Shown here: positions 11,401 through 23,069 of the stretch, piece by piece
Layout of the letters: each line of letters starts with the position of its first letter
Position numbering within the stretch: position 1 is the stretch's first letter
Assembly (NCBI GenBank): GCA_973895155.1
Contig: OZ316896.1
Location: 23,269,722 to 23,333,721, forward strand
Direction of reading: 5' to 3'
Source of the DNA: Marsupella aquatica
Lineage: Eukaryota; Plantae; Marchantiophyta
DNA length: 64,000 nucleotides
Made by a program: the position numbers and the translations under genes
The notes under the pieces: model-generated
Seen by the model: only the letters and a program-made list of their open reading frames with translations
Database searches by the model: none
Told to the model about the DNA's origin: nothing

Positions 11401-11799
11401 AGTGGGAAGGGGAAGGGACCAGCTGCCGAGCCACCAACGAAGAAGAAGCGGAAACCTTCAGGGTCAAGGAGTAATACGACTTCACAGGCCGTGGTGATCA
11501 AGGAGGTAGACCCAACACCGACCCCAGACAGGGTCACGGCTAGGGATCCAACTACCCTAGGGGAAGGGGAAGCCGAAGCCGTGAGAGTGGCTGAAGCCGA
11601 AGCCGTGAGAGTGGCTGAGGCCGAAGCCGTGGGTATTGCCGAGGCCGGTGTCGAGGCTGAAGCCGAAGGTGGACCCAGTCAGGCCGAGGGAGAGTTGACT
11701 CGGTCAAGGGCAGGTAATCTGTCAGTAGGCGGGCCAACGGCAGTGGCTGAGGAGGAAGTGTTGGGGGCGTCCATTGAGGATCCACCACCGGTGTCGTGA
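8434..11799 (+). CDS. LTR-encoded protein, 1121 aa (upstream ATG at 8176 cut off by a TAG at 8317-8319)
   Basis: Long ORF entirely within the LTR; in copy 2 the frame is open from the ACCATGG start, but here AGATGG has become AAATAG. Confidence 0.8.
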   Translation: MSNVNQAAHFWGCLFERATEYIKTYEDEESERAARERQELARLWELQKTAFLGGELIKDEFLWTPTSNQLDDLLFCKDSVVGIREAIKNCNDIHWELKGSTERWTQATVLGETSTAAEMKRKGAVNDEATPAKRTRSAAPKKPAEQQSRRQGEAEEEEVDPIKAIPTRDDTWKGWAATLPVEVQLHFAREEDACFTAMQTKKYQGFMAGSGLEAFVRLPWLKPEVPESDLLEFVGSWEPETNCTRIYGKDFYLTPKVIAEVFGLPMGNKTKVDTRKTLPDKEFRSFPGPSTKNGFFRNTCTNPHIGEMIDFLRVTMHCNLPRAEIGKAQVYLAERPDPSRDYNGYLLNQLKKILKEEQQVIGMGSVSRLGYHMPLLCRYARGQTFAPVLPLQVRAPEEAPTPRPLAEKPQPPVSPTIEQVFRPRKEDLPMQQPGMQSLLKLLEKEKKSASATTTATATMQDTTTEVGLHRLTRENPFAGDKERIRPESKPGVRMYVGTSSSESEAELPEAPTEEEEREKPEIQEVEEAVEDCSHDNSGYGSDHHVPGVRTCGRFVPTLPRVVRGDPNQQSSPESPPPDVAPPSFDGIKQTVQEFQERIKQEEEATLAKEKDLPGGDWPEDIRRLAEKGSKPLATIEEIRRTAWEQRPRWAMPITSTYSTYAKNRAMEYGEMCGELALGIFGEELEVGPFFHREQLEKHQLEEAVALERSKKDEVIRRLRRMGAEIEDLRAAKKAQDKLRIKRHELNIMQGQLDAAQADTQNIKDKLTQTQEELADTIKEREKWKQELKNTEEAHITANSRAMAETQRKEWALKGELEKIRGALEQKEVELGKSYQGIMALQQELASLTASFKADLREKDEMLEQTYAKMNQMESVIIAELDKELRATQEEKATLKKELEEAHREQEEAKNELEGARKDLDETQEELEEITRKMENLQRRADNQTERLKKQAAVFKCLAAAGPSPVGTNQLPGVVIAEGQAAPPAPVPEVSGKGKGPAAEPPTKKKRKPSGSRSNTTSQAVVIKEVDPTPTPDRVTARDPTTLGEGEAEAVRVAEAEAVRVAEAEAVGIAEAGVEAEAEGGPSQAEGELTRSRAGNLSVGGPTAVAEEEVLGASIEDPPPVS

Positions 11800-12514
11800 C
11801 GGTGCAAGGGCGCCGTTCCTTTTAGGGAGGGCGGACGTGGAGGGAGGAGGCGTGAGTGGGCAGGGCGGGCACGGATCTCCACGTTTAGGATTAGGATCAG
11901 AACCAGGAGCGGCCCTGACACTTAGCTTAGTGGGATTGCGGTCCCACTGGTAGGAGCAACACTTGTGCTCCTGCCTTGCTGTACATAGGTAGATTCGGGC
12001 AAGTAGATTACTGTTAAGTAGATTAGGCTTACGATGCAAAGAATGGCGGATCCACTACCAGGATAAGTACCTGGGCAGCGGGGAGCTCAGGGCCTCTTCT
12101 TTAGCAAGTTTTTAGTTTGCACCAGCCGGGCTGGGATCAAGTAGTACGAGAAGCTCTCGGTTAGTCATACAGTGACCCTTGTGTATATTCATGTTTCCTC
12201 ATGCCTAAGAGCTGAATAGAGTTGGCCTCACGGCTTAGTTCGCAGAACTTGTGTATGAGATGTACTGTTTGTATGGCAAGTGCATGGTATGACTCAGTCA
12301 GAATGAGTCATTTTGCTATTTGTGTGTCGCATTAACTTGTGTGAAGAGTGCCCACATCAACAGAAGGAAGGAAAGTAAGCAGGGGAGTGAGAGTTGGATG
12401 TGTCGAGCTGAGAGAGGTCTTAGCGGCTTAACCAAGCCTATTGGGGATCATTCCGGCGGCGGAATCCAAACATACCTAACAAGACGGAGGGGAAGACAGG
12501 GGAAGACAGGGGAA

Positions 12515-12529
12515 GGCCTATATTAGGCC
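12515..12529 (+). promoter_or_regulatory. Candidate LTR TATA-like element within the inverted repeat GGCCTA-TAT-TAGGCC
   Basis: CCTATATTA about 200 bp before the LTR end; present in LTRs of copies 1 and 2, changed to TAGATT in copy 3. Function inferred. Confidence 0.35.
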
Positions 12530-12977
12530 GGCTACGTATCTCATGACCCGATGAAGGATCTGTCCAGTATATGTGTGTAAAATGTTAATAGTAGTAGTAG
12601 AAGGTTAGCAGCGTCCCATGCCGCTAAGCCGCGGAAACGGCCTCGCCAAGCGTGAAACCCGCGGGAATCGGCTTGAGCTGGGGGGTTTCTTGGGTTTAGG
12701 GAGCCATGGGACGCACCACAGGGTGTCACTGTAAACATACATGCAGAGGCGGTACATTTGAGGACAGCGGAGGAGGTGGTGACACCCTCCAACATTTAGG
12801 AATTTTGTGTCATTCACTTGACAATAGGTACACTACTTGCGAACCTGTTTTTTTCTTTTGGGGTGGTTTAGGGTTTGTGACAATTTAGTACACGTTATGT
12901 TAACTCTTTTGGCGGATACAGTCAGGGATATATGGAACACAAATACCACCATTAGGCATCCTTGTTCACTGCTGTCC

Positions 12978-15900
12978 ATGACTGCAGAGCTCCCAGAGCA
13001 CCCTGGTCACCACCCTCCCCAGACCCAGCCCAGGGCACAGGCACTGCCTTTGCATCATCCCACAAGGATATCACGCCATGATAATAAGCTTTGGCAGCGT
13101 GAAAGGTTACAAACCAGACTTTCAGGAGCCAGTAGGATGAGATGTCCTTGTGCAATCTGCCAAGGATCCCGTACCAGGGGTCTGAATGAGGTTTGGCGGC
13201 ATATCGCGGTTCATGGAAGAGATCCACGACATCGAGTTTGGAATGATCCTGCAGAGGAAGATTCTTCCGACGAGGAGTGGAGGTTAGAATTTGATGCTGC
13301 CAATGCTGCAAGACGGGCAAGTGAGGTTCTGCCTGGTGCATTTGAAAATGTTGTAGCTGGTCTCTGTGGGTTGTCAGCTCTCCAACGGGATGGTGCTCAG
13401 GCAGCACCACGTGACGAAGGAATTCATGTGGAAGAGATGGTGAGAGACATCTTCCAAGACTTGGATGCATTTCATGATGGGCTGGACAACGAAGAGGATA
13501 CGGCTGCAGATGCAAGTGTGCCCCCTGTCGAAGAGCCTCTTGATGAGTTTGAGATAGGGCAGGAAACCCCTGGGCATGATGGGATGTTTGGCTCTCCCCT
13601 GCAAATACAGGAAGGCAGGAAGTCTTTGTACCCCGGTAGCAAATGTTCTAAACTGGGATTTGTCATCATGTTCCTGAACATTTGCGGCAACCACAATGTC
13701 CCCAACGTTTTGGTTTCTGAGTTGTTGGCATTCTTGCGAACAACTGTGCTACCAGATGGTAATATTTTGCCCAAGAACATGTACGAGGCAAAAAGATGCA
13801 TATCTAATCTTGGATTGAACTATGATTCGATCCATGCCTGTCCTGATGGGCATGTTCTTTTCAGAAAGGAGTATAAAGAATCGTTGACATGCCCTAAGTG
13901 TGGGAAGCACAGGTATCGGAACTCAGGAAAGTCTATGGTTCCTGCCAAGGTACTTCGTCATTTTCCACTCATTCCCAGACTTCAGCGGATGTTCAGAAGC
14001 CGTGCCATCTCGGAGATGATGACTTGGGCAACTGACAAGAAAAGTGATGATGGGCTACAACAACATGCTGCAGATTCAAGGCAATGGAAACTCATAGATG
14101 AGATGTATCCCGAATTTGCTGCTGAGCCGAGGAATGTCAGACTTGGGCTGTCATTGGATGGGGTAAACCCATTTGGAGACAAGAACAACAAATTTTCGTG
14201 CTGGCCTGTAACTATTTTGAATTATAACCTTCCTCCTTGGATGACTACAAAGCGATTTTTTGTTCTGATGGTCCTACTGATACCAGGGCCAGACAGTGCT
14301 GTATCTGCCAACATAGATGTGTTTCTGGCTCCCCTAGTGGAGGAATTGAGAAAGCTTTGGGAGGAAGGAGTTCTCACATATGATGTCCTACAGAGGCTTG
14401 GGAGGTTAAACCCATTCATCCTTAGAGCCATTGTCATTCTGACTATAGCTGACTACCCAGCCCATGGGATGATATCAGGCCAAACAACAAAAGGATATTG
14501 TGCTTGTACTATCTGTGGGCGCAATGTCACCAGTGAGTACTCCAGAGCCCTGCAGAAAGTGATATACATGGGCCATCGTCGTTTTCTGAAGGCAGATCAC
14601 CCTTACAGAGAAAGACAGGCACTGATTGCACACTTTGGCAATGAGATTGAGCAACGTGGACCCCCGGCACGAGTGACCAAAGAGGAGATCAGGCAGTGGG
14701 GAGCACTGAGGGATGACTATATCAAACGAGGGGGCAGGGAAGATGGAGTGAGTGATCCAATAAAGCGATATGGTGTAAAAAGACTGAGCATATTGGACTT
14801 GGAGCTCAAGTACTGGAGGGTAAGCCTCTTGGAGTTGATGCTAATTGGGATACATGTTTTGGTTCAGAGCATGTGCATTCATTTCGAAGAGAGAGACTAA
14901 ACTTGAGGCATTTCCTGACGCTTTTGCATTGCAACGATGCAGGAGTTTGAGCCAAGCAAACATAACATTGATGTTATGCACATTGAAAAGAATATTTGTG
15001 AGAGTCTACTCAGATTCTTGTGTGGAGAGAAAGACACTGGTTCAGTGAGATTGGATCTTGAACAGAGGGGAATGAAACCCCATCTTTGGTTGAGGCCACA
15101 TGCCCACAGAGCTGATGTGCTCTTGAAGTACCAAGCGCCCTATGTTCTGACAGACACAGAGTGGGAACTATTTGTGCAGAGGTTGAGTTCTTTGAAGGTT
15201 CCTTCAAACTATGGCAGTGCTTTCAAGAAGCATATCATGACTAGAAAGCTTGGTAGTATGAAAAGCCATGACTACCATATGTTGATGCAACAGGTGTTGC
15301 CTTTATGCCTGAGGGGCCTGTTGCAGAAGCCTGTTCGTACTGTGATCATGCGACTCAGTGATGTGTTTCGTCGTATTTGTGTGAAGGTTTGGGATGAAAC
15401 ACACTTCCCACAACTGACAGAAGATGTCGCTCAGGTGCTGTGTGACCTGGAGATTTATTTTCCTCCCGCATTTTTTGATGTCATGACCCACCTACTTGTC
15501 CATGTTGTGGAAGAGCTACACCAATTTGGGCCTGTGAGTGCTCGTTGGTTGTACCCTTTGGAACGGTACATGAAGCTACTCAAAGGTCACGTGAGAACAT
15601 ATTACAAACCTGAAGCAAGCATGGCTAAAGGTTACATCAAGGATGAGACTTTGGGATTTCTGACCAAATACATAGCACAATATGAGCATGTGAAGACCAG
15701 GGTGTGGAATTCTGATGAGGAGGAAGGGGTGATAGGTGAAGTACTGGAAGGGGCTGCAACCACAAAGAACCTGACCATATCTATGAGAGACTTGGCACAT
15801 GACTTTGTATTGCACAACACTGTGGTGATGGAACCCTGGATACAGTGAGTGCATACATGTGCTATAATCCAGTTCATGAGCTTAAATGTTGTGTTCGTGT

Positions 15901-16727
15901 GGTTTTCTCCTTCAGCCTGTTCATGTTTACCCAAGCTAATGCTGTGTGGTTGTTCGTTCAGGGAGTATGAGTCATTGAAGGCGGCCCATCCCACTGCAGG
16001 AACAACTTTTCCAGGTTTCATGGAGTGGATCAGAGTGGCAATTAGAGAGCATCACGAGACCCACCCAGACATGGATGCAGATGTTTACCTACTGTCTAAT
16101 GCGCCTAGCCTGAAAGTGAAAACTTACAAACGGATGAGAGCATATGGGAATCACTTCCGAGTGAAGGATGGTGACAGTGCCTACAGGGTGACGAATGACT
16201 GCGGGCTCATCACTGTATTTGAGCAACAGAGCCACAATCACGACAGGGCTTGGATGGAGATGGGATATGTGGGAGAATTAGTTGACATATGGGCTCTGGA
16301 CTATGGGGCGGTGTCCAGTCCTGTGATTCTTATGAAAGGTTCATGGGTGCGGCAGGATTGGCTTGGTAACAGGGCTACCATGAAGAGAGACAACGATGGT
16401 TTCTTGCTGGCCAATTTCAGAGGGAAATTGCCCGAATGGTCTGAGCCATTTGTGTTTCCTAGTCAGGTGGAGCAAGCTTTCTTCCTGGATGTGGAAGACT
16501 CCCCAGGTTGGCGTGTAGTGTGTCATAAACAGGCCAGGCAACGTCGGATGGAAGGATCAAACCTTGAGTTTCATTTACACTCTCATAGTGCCTTTGATCG
16601 TCGGCGTTCAGACCAAGTGCCTGTAGTTCATGATAGCGGGGACTTCATTCCTGTGACAAGGGTAGATGCATTTGCTGAAGGAGGCGAATTCATAGATGCA
16701 GATGCCAACAGTGTGCCTGTGCCATGA
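12978..16727 (+). CDS. tnpD: CACTA transposase TnpD, three exons (approx. 12978-14819, 14943-15844, 15962-16727)
   Basis: Transposase_21-type motifs RNVRLGLSLDGVNPF, YNLPPW, DYPA, HRRFL, HNIDVMHIEKN; FPPAFFDVMTHL; EPFVFPSQVEQAFF. GT..AG introns at 14820-14942 and 15845-15961 join the exons in frame. Start codon uncertain. Confidence 0.88.
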
Positions 16728-16883
16728 GTAATGTGAATTGTTTGCATGGACATTAGTGAGGGGAAGGATGTGTAATAAAGTAATTCTGAAGCAACACAAA
16801 TGTATGGATGGATGCCTGGTGATTGTGGTTGCATTGTGTTATACGGGGTGACCATAGATGACATGTTTTTGTGGTCCAGTAGG

Positions 16884-19800
16884 ATGGAACAGAGTGACAC
16901 AGAGATGTGTGAGTATGAAAGGAAAGCTATGGAACAACGAGCATACGTGAAAGCCAAAATCGCAGAACTGGATCTGGAAAAGGATGTGGCTGAATTGTAA
17001 GGGAACGATTCTCAACTACACCCCTCCGCTGAGTTTGTGTGACATGAATAGTTCAATGTGGCACTGAAATTGTGACTGTATTCTCATATTGGAATATCGC
17101 AGAGCCACAGCATTTTCAAAGAAACAAAAGGAGTACGCAAGAAGGGTGACCAGCACTATCTCTGGGCCTGTGCGTCGGAGTGACAGGTTGAGCAAGAAGG
17201 TCGTACCTACAATGGCAGAATGTGGAGATGACATTGATGCTGCACAGGTGGGTGCAAACACTAGACAAGAAGATGCAGATGATGAGTATTTTCCAGAGGA
17301 AATGGATGAGGATGGGGGTTATGAAGATGAATACATTGCAGAGCAGCCCCAAAAGAAACATGTAAGTAGTTTTCCCAACAAGGTTTTGAGTTAAAAACTC
17401 TTGTTTAGAGGTTTCATATGTTCAGTACTACACATATGTACCTTGCTTAGTTCCTGACATTGTAGTTGGTGATGTGATGCAGCGTCCTGCCAGTTCTGTT
17501 TTGCCTTCGAAGCCTGTGCATGCACCATACCAGCAGGGGGGGCTGACCTCTGATCAAGGTTGGCAAGGTGGTAGTAGTGGTAGATCCCAGGCTGGTGCCC
17601 AATACTATGGCAGGGGGCAAGCTCTAGGTTATGCCCGTGGTAGAGGCAGAGCAGGTCCAAACCCACAATCTCGTGGGTATGGACGTCCACCTCAACCATG
17701 GGGATGTGAGTATATATCTATATGTCAGTTCTTTGTGAAGGCATGGCACTCCTGAATTTCAGGCTGCATATCAATTTTTGACATTGTTTGGGATGTATTG
17801 GATTCAGACTCAGACAACATGAAATTCTGTCCACCTGCCATTGCATGCAGATTCTGCCCAACCTGATTGGGCAAATGCTAGTAATGATCAGTTCCAATGT
17901 CCACAAGGACAGACATGGGTTGAACCAGGTTGGGAGGATGGTGGTGGGTCGTGGAATGAACAAGGTTGGGAAGGTGGTGAAGGTAATTGGCAGGGATATC
18001 AAAATTCAGTACCTACAAACGCTGGAAGAGGAGCAGGTAATGTCTGATCTTGTCAGCAATGGAAGAACTCATTATATGTGGAGTCCATTCACGTGGGGGG
18101 GACTTTGCACATGTATAATGATAGAAAATGTATGTGTGCAGGTTGGACAGTCGAACCATCGACTCAAGTATTCACTAATGCCCCTATGCAGATGCAGCAC
18201 GGAAGGGGGACAGGTATTCGGTGAATGTTCAGTTGTTTTCCTACAGTTTGTACTTAGTTTTCAGTACATATGTTTGCACACACATACCTAGAAAGTGACA
18301 TCATCCGGCCCCTGTACTAGGCTGGACAGGTGGTCCAGGGTCGCAACAATTTCAGAGTGCAGTCCCTGCACAGGCATCTACAGGCAGAGCTACAGGTATG
18401 TATGTTTGAAGAATTTTTCTTGAAGTGAAGCATTGAATGTTGCCGTCATCCATTCTGCTATATGTAGTTCTCAAGCATGAATGGCATTGTATTTTCCCAG
18501 GTGGCTTCAGAACCCCAGGTAGGGTGAATGAAGGGGTGGCCAATACAACGCCCAGTACTACCGAGAGCAGTGCACGAGGGGAGGTGACAAAGAAAGGGAA
18601 CGTAAAGTTGAATGAGAGACAATGGGTGGATGCTGAGTGTCCTCGCAAGAACCGATGGCATGCTGATTTGAAAGCTGAAGTATTGCGTTGGTTAGATGTG
18701 AGTGTTATTAATTTTAAAAAACAACATCCAAAAGATTGGAAGACTGTATGTGAAAATGTTGCTGCCAAATGGAATTATGTGGGCAGTGATGATGGCGTGG
18801 ACATAGGTTGCCTAGAGAGTACAGCAGGTAAAATTATCAAGCAAGAGAGGTGGAGAATGCATAAGGCTTGGAAGGAAGGTGGGGAGAAGCCAGATATGCC
18901 TCCACCAGCCAGTTGTGATGATAAAGTGTGGGCAAGGTTAGTAGCTTATTTTGTAACAGATGCTTCAAAAAAGAAGAGTTCACAGATGACCGAGGCCAGG
19001 TTGAGTGTTCAGAACCCTAATCTGACAGGAAGGACCGGCACTGCACCGACAGCTAAACGTTTGGTAAGAATGAATGGCCTAGCTATGTAATTTATGCTAC
19101 ACTATGTACTGTTTTTTAGTGTAAACCCATACATGTAAACTTTGTTTTTTAGTGTACGTTCCTTGAATATTGATCGATAACTTGTGTTTGCCATGCATGT
19201 GCAGAAAGCCCAATTGGGGCAAAGCCCTTCAAAAGAAGAGTTGAGGGCTGAAATTGTGAACACCCGGGCTCAAGAGGGTGCATCTGAATCCTCCAAGCAT
19301 GTAAGTTAAATGAGTTCTGATTGGTAATTGAATGACCTGCGTTGAATTTCAGGTGTACACTGTATATAACATTGATTGTGCATATATTGCCCAACATTTC
19401 ATATGGAGTGATTGAACCTATACCCCTGTGTCATGTAGGGAGGTGGATCTTCACTTACAGAGATAAGTGGTCGTTTGAAGGCTGTCGAAACATGTCTTCC
19501 AGAGATCAATGAACGTTTGAATTCATTGACTGACTTGTTCCATGTGAACTTCAAGACATTAATGGAAGCTGTTGTGTCGGTGAGAGATAAAATTGATTCC
19601 AATTCTGCAGGAGTTCCACCATCACCACTTGAGGTGGCAAAGTCGATGCACTCTTCTGGCATGCCAACGACATGTAGGCTTGAAGGTAAGGCCTTTACAA
19701 CTGTGTGGGATATGATTATTAAATGTATAGTTTCAATTGACATTGTTTGTTGAATGTGTTATTTTCAGTAACATATATTGTGGTTGTTGTGTCCATAGAG

Positions 19801-20595
19801 AATAAGACAGGTGCTACAGAGAAGAAGTATGAGAACCTGGAAAATACTCGCTGTAATTTAGAGGCAACAAAGTTGCAGTCTGTACAAGCAACTTGTTTGA
19901 CAGAGGGCAGTCAACCATGTTTGGATGAGGATGACATTGGCAAGGGAGTGGATGATATCAATGTTGGGGCAAATGAGGATATCAGCAAGCATGACAATGA
20001 TACCATTGAGCCAGATTCATGCTATGTAGATCTTGACTCCATTGCAGAGATAAATGATTTGCAGAATGTATCATTCTCAATGACAGGTGTGCCTCTTGTT
20101 GAGATAAATCCAACCAAAGAGTTAGTTGGTATGACACTCCCAGGTGATGAACCTGCTACTGTGACAGTCCTAATAGAGGAACCTACTGAGCCTAGCTTCA
20201 CTACTGTGAAGAGAGGAAGCATGCGCACACGAAGCAAGTCTGCTGGTGGGAGCAGAGCCACGTCAAAGGTTTCATACAAAACTCCAAGAACAGTGCTGGC
20301 AGAAAGATCTAAGGTGGAAGTGGGGAAAGCACCTAATGCTGAGGGACAAAGTGGCTTGTTAGTTGTTGATGAGAGTGGAACACGAGTAGGATTTGCCAGA
20401 GTGCAGGTTGGTTCCACAACGTTCCATGGCAAGAGGATTCCCCCAGGTTATTCAGTAGTGTTAGTCACATTACTAGTGAAACCTAAAGCTGTCCTTCCCA
20501 TTCCAAACACAAATGATGATCCTCCTCAAAAGACACTTGGAGATGCTGCAGGTTCTTTGGTATTATGGCCAAGCAAGTTCATAGAGGATCCATAA
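16884..20595 (+). CDS. CACTA second gene (TnpA-like), multi-exon; exon structure approximate
   Basis: Exon near 18500-19063 has W..LV.YF...KKSSQM..AR...TGR.G; last exon has FHGKRIPPGYSVV...LPIP...TLGDA.G..VLWP, typical of CACTA ORF2 C-termini; many short GT..AG-bounded segments in between. Confidence 0.65.
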
Positions 20596-21096
20596 CAATG
20601 TCATGCCATTATTTGTTTGTAGTGTGAGTCATGTTATGTAGATTTTAGATGTCAAGAAGCAGTACAAGAATCATGTCCTCTTGGAGATTCATAGTATCAT
20701 GCATGTGCTTTCAGTTATCTCATCCTACAGTCATCAATTATGAGTTCCTGTTTTGTCTAAATTACATTGATCACATTGTAAACTATTCCATTGGAATTCA
20801 AATGATCTTCATTTTTTAGCAAGATTGTGATTGTGTTTAATTCTTATGAATGTTTTATGTAGGATCTGCTTATATGATGCTTTGTTTCATGTGGATGTCA
20901 TTCATGCTATGTTCATTTCTTGTATTCAATGTGTTATATTTCTAAAGTTAGAACATCAGGTTTCTATGTATTGTAATGTCGAGTGCTCTCTCTCCTTATG
21001 AACTGTCCCTCTATGTTCATTAGTCATGGTTATAACTTGCATGTGAACCTTATTAGTTATAAACATGAGTATATAGAGTCCCAAATGGTTCTGTTG

Positions 21097-21450
21097 TGTG
21101 ACGCGGGCCAGGGTCTCCATTGGTCTCTCCTGTGACACTAAATAGTCACACGCTAGTCGTTGTTGAATGCGGGTAAGTCATGTATGTGACTTACGATGTG
21201 ACTCGCTGAAGTCATATTGCAGTCACGTCGAAACAAGGCTAGACTCCACAATAAAGTCACAGATCAGTCACAAATGGGTATCAAGCAAGTTGCAAAGCCC
21301 AGTATCAATAGTGACTTCCATTTTTTGGTCTCAACTTTTGCAACTCCAAGGGTCACAGCGTGGGTCAAGTCACGTTGAGTCACAATGAAGTCACATGAGC
21401 CAAAATGAGTCATATATTGCGGTCTCAGTTCACCTCGGATTCTTCTAGTG
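21097..21450. repeat. CACTA subterminal repeats and terminal inverted repeat
   Basis: Dense GTCAC(A)/GTGAC motifs in both orientations, ending in TAGTG at 21446-21450. Confidence 0.8.
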
Positions 21451-23069
21451 ATGTCTTGCCCCAGTATGAATTTTGCTCTAGAATACCCTGTGTCTTGCTG
21501 GGTTTGTTTTATGGAATACCCCTGTCCCTTGCTGGTGTTCATTATGGGGCTACCCGGTGTCTGTGTCTCCTCTCCAGTTTCATCACTGGATTATATTTAA
21601 GTGTCTTCTTTGGAAAGGAATCAGGGACGGGTTTGTCTATGCACAAGGACCTTTGACGAGGATGATGGTCTGGCAAGCGTTTCCACACCTTAACCCAGAT
21701 GGTAGCAAGTTGGCTGTGACAACAACAAACGCGGTGGGGATATACTATGCCATCAGTGGGACAGAATTTGTTTACCATAAACAATCCAATCTGTGACCAT
21801 CACAAACGATAGAGTGCATTGTTGCAGGCTTTGGGCCTTTCGATGCACCACAGCACGGCTTCCCCAGAAAAAGGACCATGGTGCTCAATTTGAAGCCCTC
21901 ATATTGTGTTCTAGTTGAAGACCATTTTGAATACAAGACATAGCAATATAGAAGACCACCATGGTTTTCTATACAAAGATTACACGCACACACTAACACA
22001 ACACCGTGGAGTTATCTTTTAACTAATGTTGTTAATAAAAAAGAAAACCAGGCGAAGGGTTCCCGCCTGCGCAAGTTGCACTCTTAGTTAAATGTTATAG
22101 TTAAAAACTTTAACCAGCAATAGTTAGTGAGTATGGCTTTTTGAGTACTTAACTAAAAAGTTAAGTGCCATGAGTGGTTGTAACTTAACTTTTTTAACAA
22201 TGTTTCACTTGGCCATCCCGTCACTTCCGGTAACTTCTTGTTGAAGTGTCGCATTGTCGCTGTCCCGTCACTTCTTGTTGTAGTTACTCTCCCACCGAGT
22301 AGAGATGAAATGCACGGTTTCAGCGAAATGCTCGATCAAGCTAGCATAGTCACTGAAGTGCTCCACAACCTATTTCCATGTATTTGCAATCAAGAAATTG
22401 GTCTACATTGAGGACCTTTGATGTCTTCACTCATGAATGCTGGCTATAGTGAGCCTCCCGCCTATAGTTGAGTTTGTCCTCCACTGATGTGGAATTAACA
22501 TCATTTTCCCGATGCACATATGGTATTCTATGATGACGTATCTGCAGATACGTCATTCCAAACGCCTAAACTTACGAACGTCGTCCTATACATCATTCTA
22601 ATTTACGTCTTTCAGAAACAGGTAAGTTACCACGTCTAGGAAGACGTAATGTGAGCTACAACGTATGATACGAGGTAACTTACCGTGTCTTAAAGGACGT
22701 AAAGTTAATGTCACACAAATCAACATTATCTGATCCCGTCGAAACTCCGGACGACATCCGACAATAGTCCGGAGCTTAACAACGTATAGTCCGACGTTAA
22801 TGGAAGGAACGTCATCTTGGATTAGGTTAAACCTGGTCCCAAAATGCAAAAATGTAGTTGTGTTCTTGTCGAAGTGTCACATTGTCGCCGTCCCGTCACT
22901 TCTTGTTGCAGTGTCAAAGTCGGTCGTAGCTTCATTGTGTGTTGTGTCGGGATCGCCACTGTGAGTGCAACAGTGTTTTGCCTGGATTGCCACTGTGAGA
23001 GTCATTGTAGCAGCACTGAATTGTAAGCTTGCGTGTTCCTAAAGATTCAGTAAGCTTTAATTGTCTCCA

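Larger units (their letters stand above)
1..12720 (+). mobile_element. Ty3/Gypsy LTR retrotransposon, giant-LTR family, copy 1 (5' part outside window)
   Basis: LTR-PBS-gag/PR-RT/RH/INT-PPT-LTR order; near-identical to complete copy 2; ends ...CACCACA at 12720, followed by unrelated CACTA sequence. TSD cannot be checked. Confidence 0.95.
8061..12720 (+). repeat. 3' LTR of Gypsy copy 1 (4660 bp)
   Basis: TGTGATGCC...GCACCACA; same termini and length as both LTRs of copy 2. Confidence 0.95.
12721..21450 (+). mobile_element. CACTA (En/Spm) DNA transposon, right portion; left end presumably upstream of Gypsy copy 1
   Basis: TnpD and TnpA-like genes, subterminal repeats, terminus ...GGATTCTTCTAGTG (reverse complement CACTAGAAGAATCC). 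Confidence 0.88.

Noticed and set aside
8637-12039. Recurrent antisense and overlapping short ORFs inside the LTR ORF, also seen in gag
   Set aside because: They are shadows of a purine-rich coding strand and recur only because the element is repeated.
12540-12575. CCGATGA...GGATCTGTCC as a hammerhead ribozyme in the LTR
   Set aside because: The core is CCGATGA rather than CTGATGA, and no GAAA follows the putative stem II.
22049-22090. CAGGCG...CGCCTG hairpin as a Helitron 3' end
   Set aside because: No CTRR terminus at the expected distance and no other Helitron evidence.
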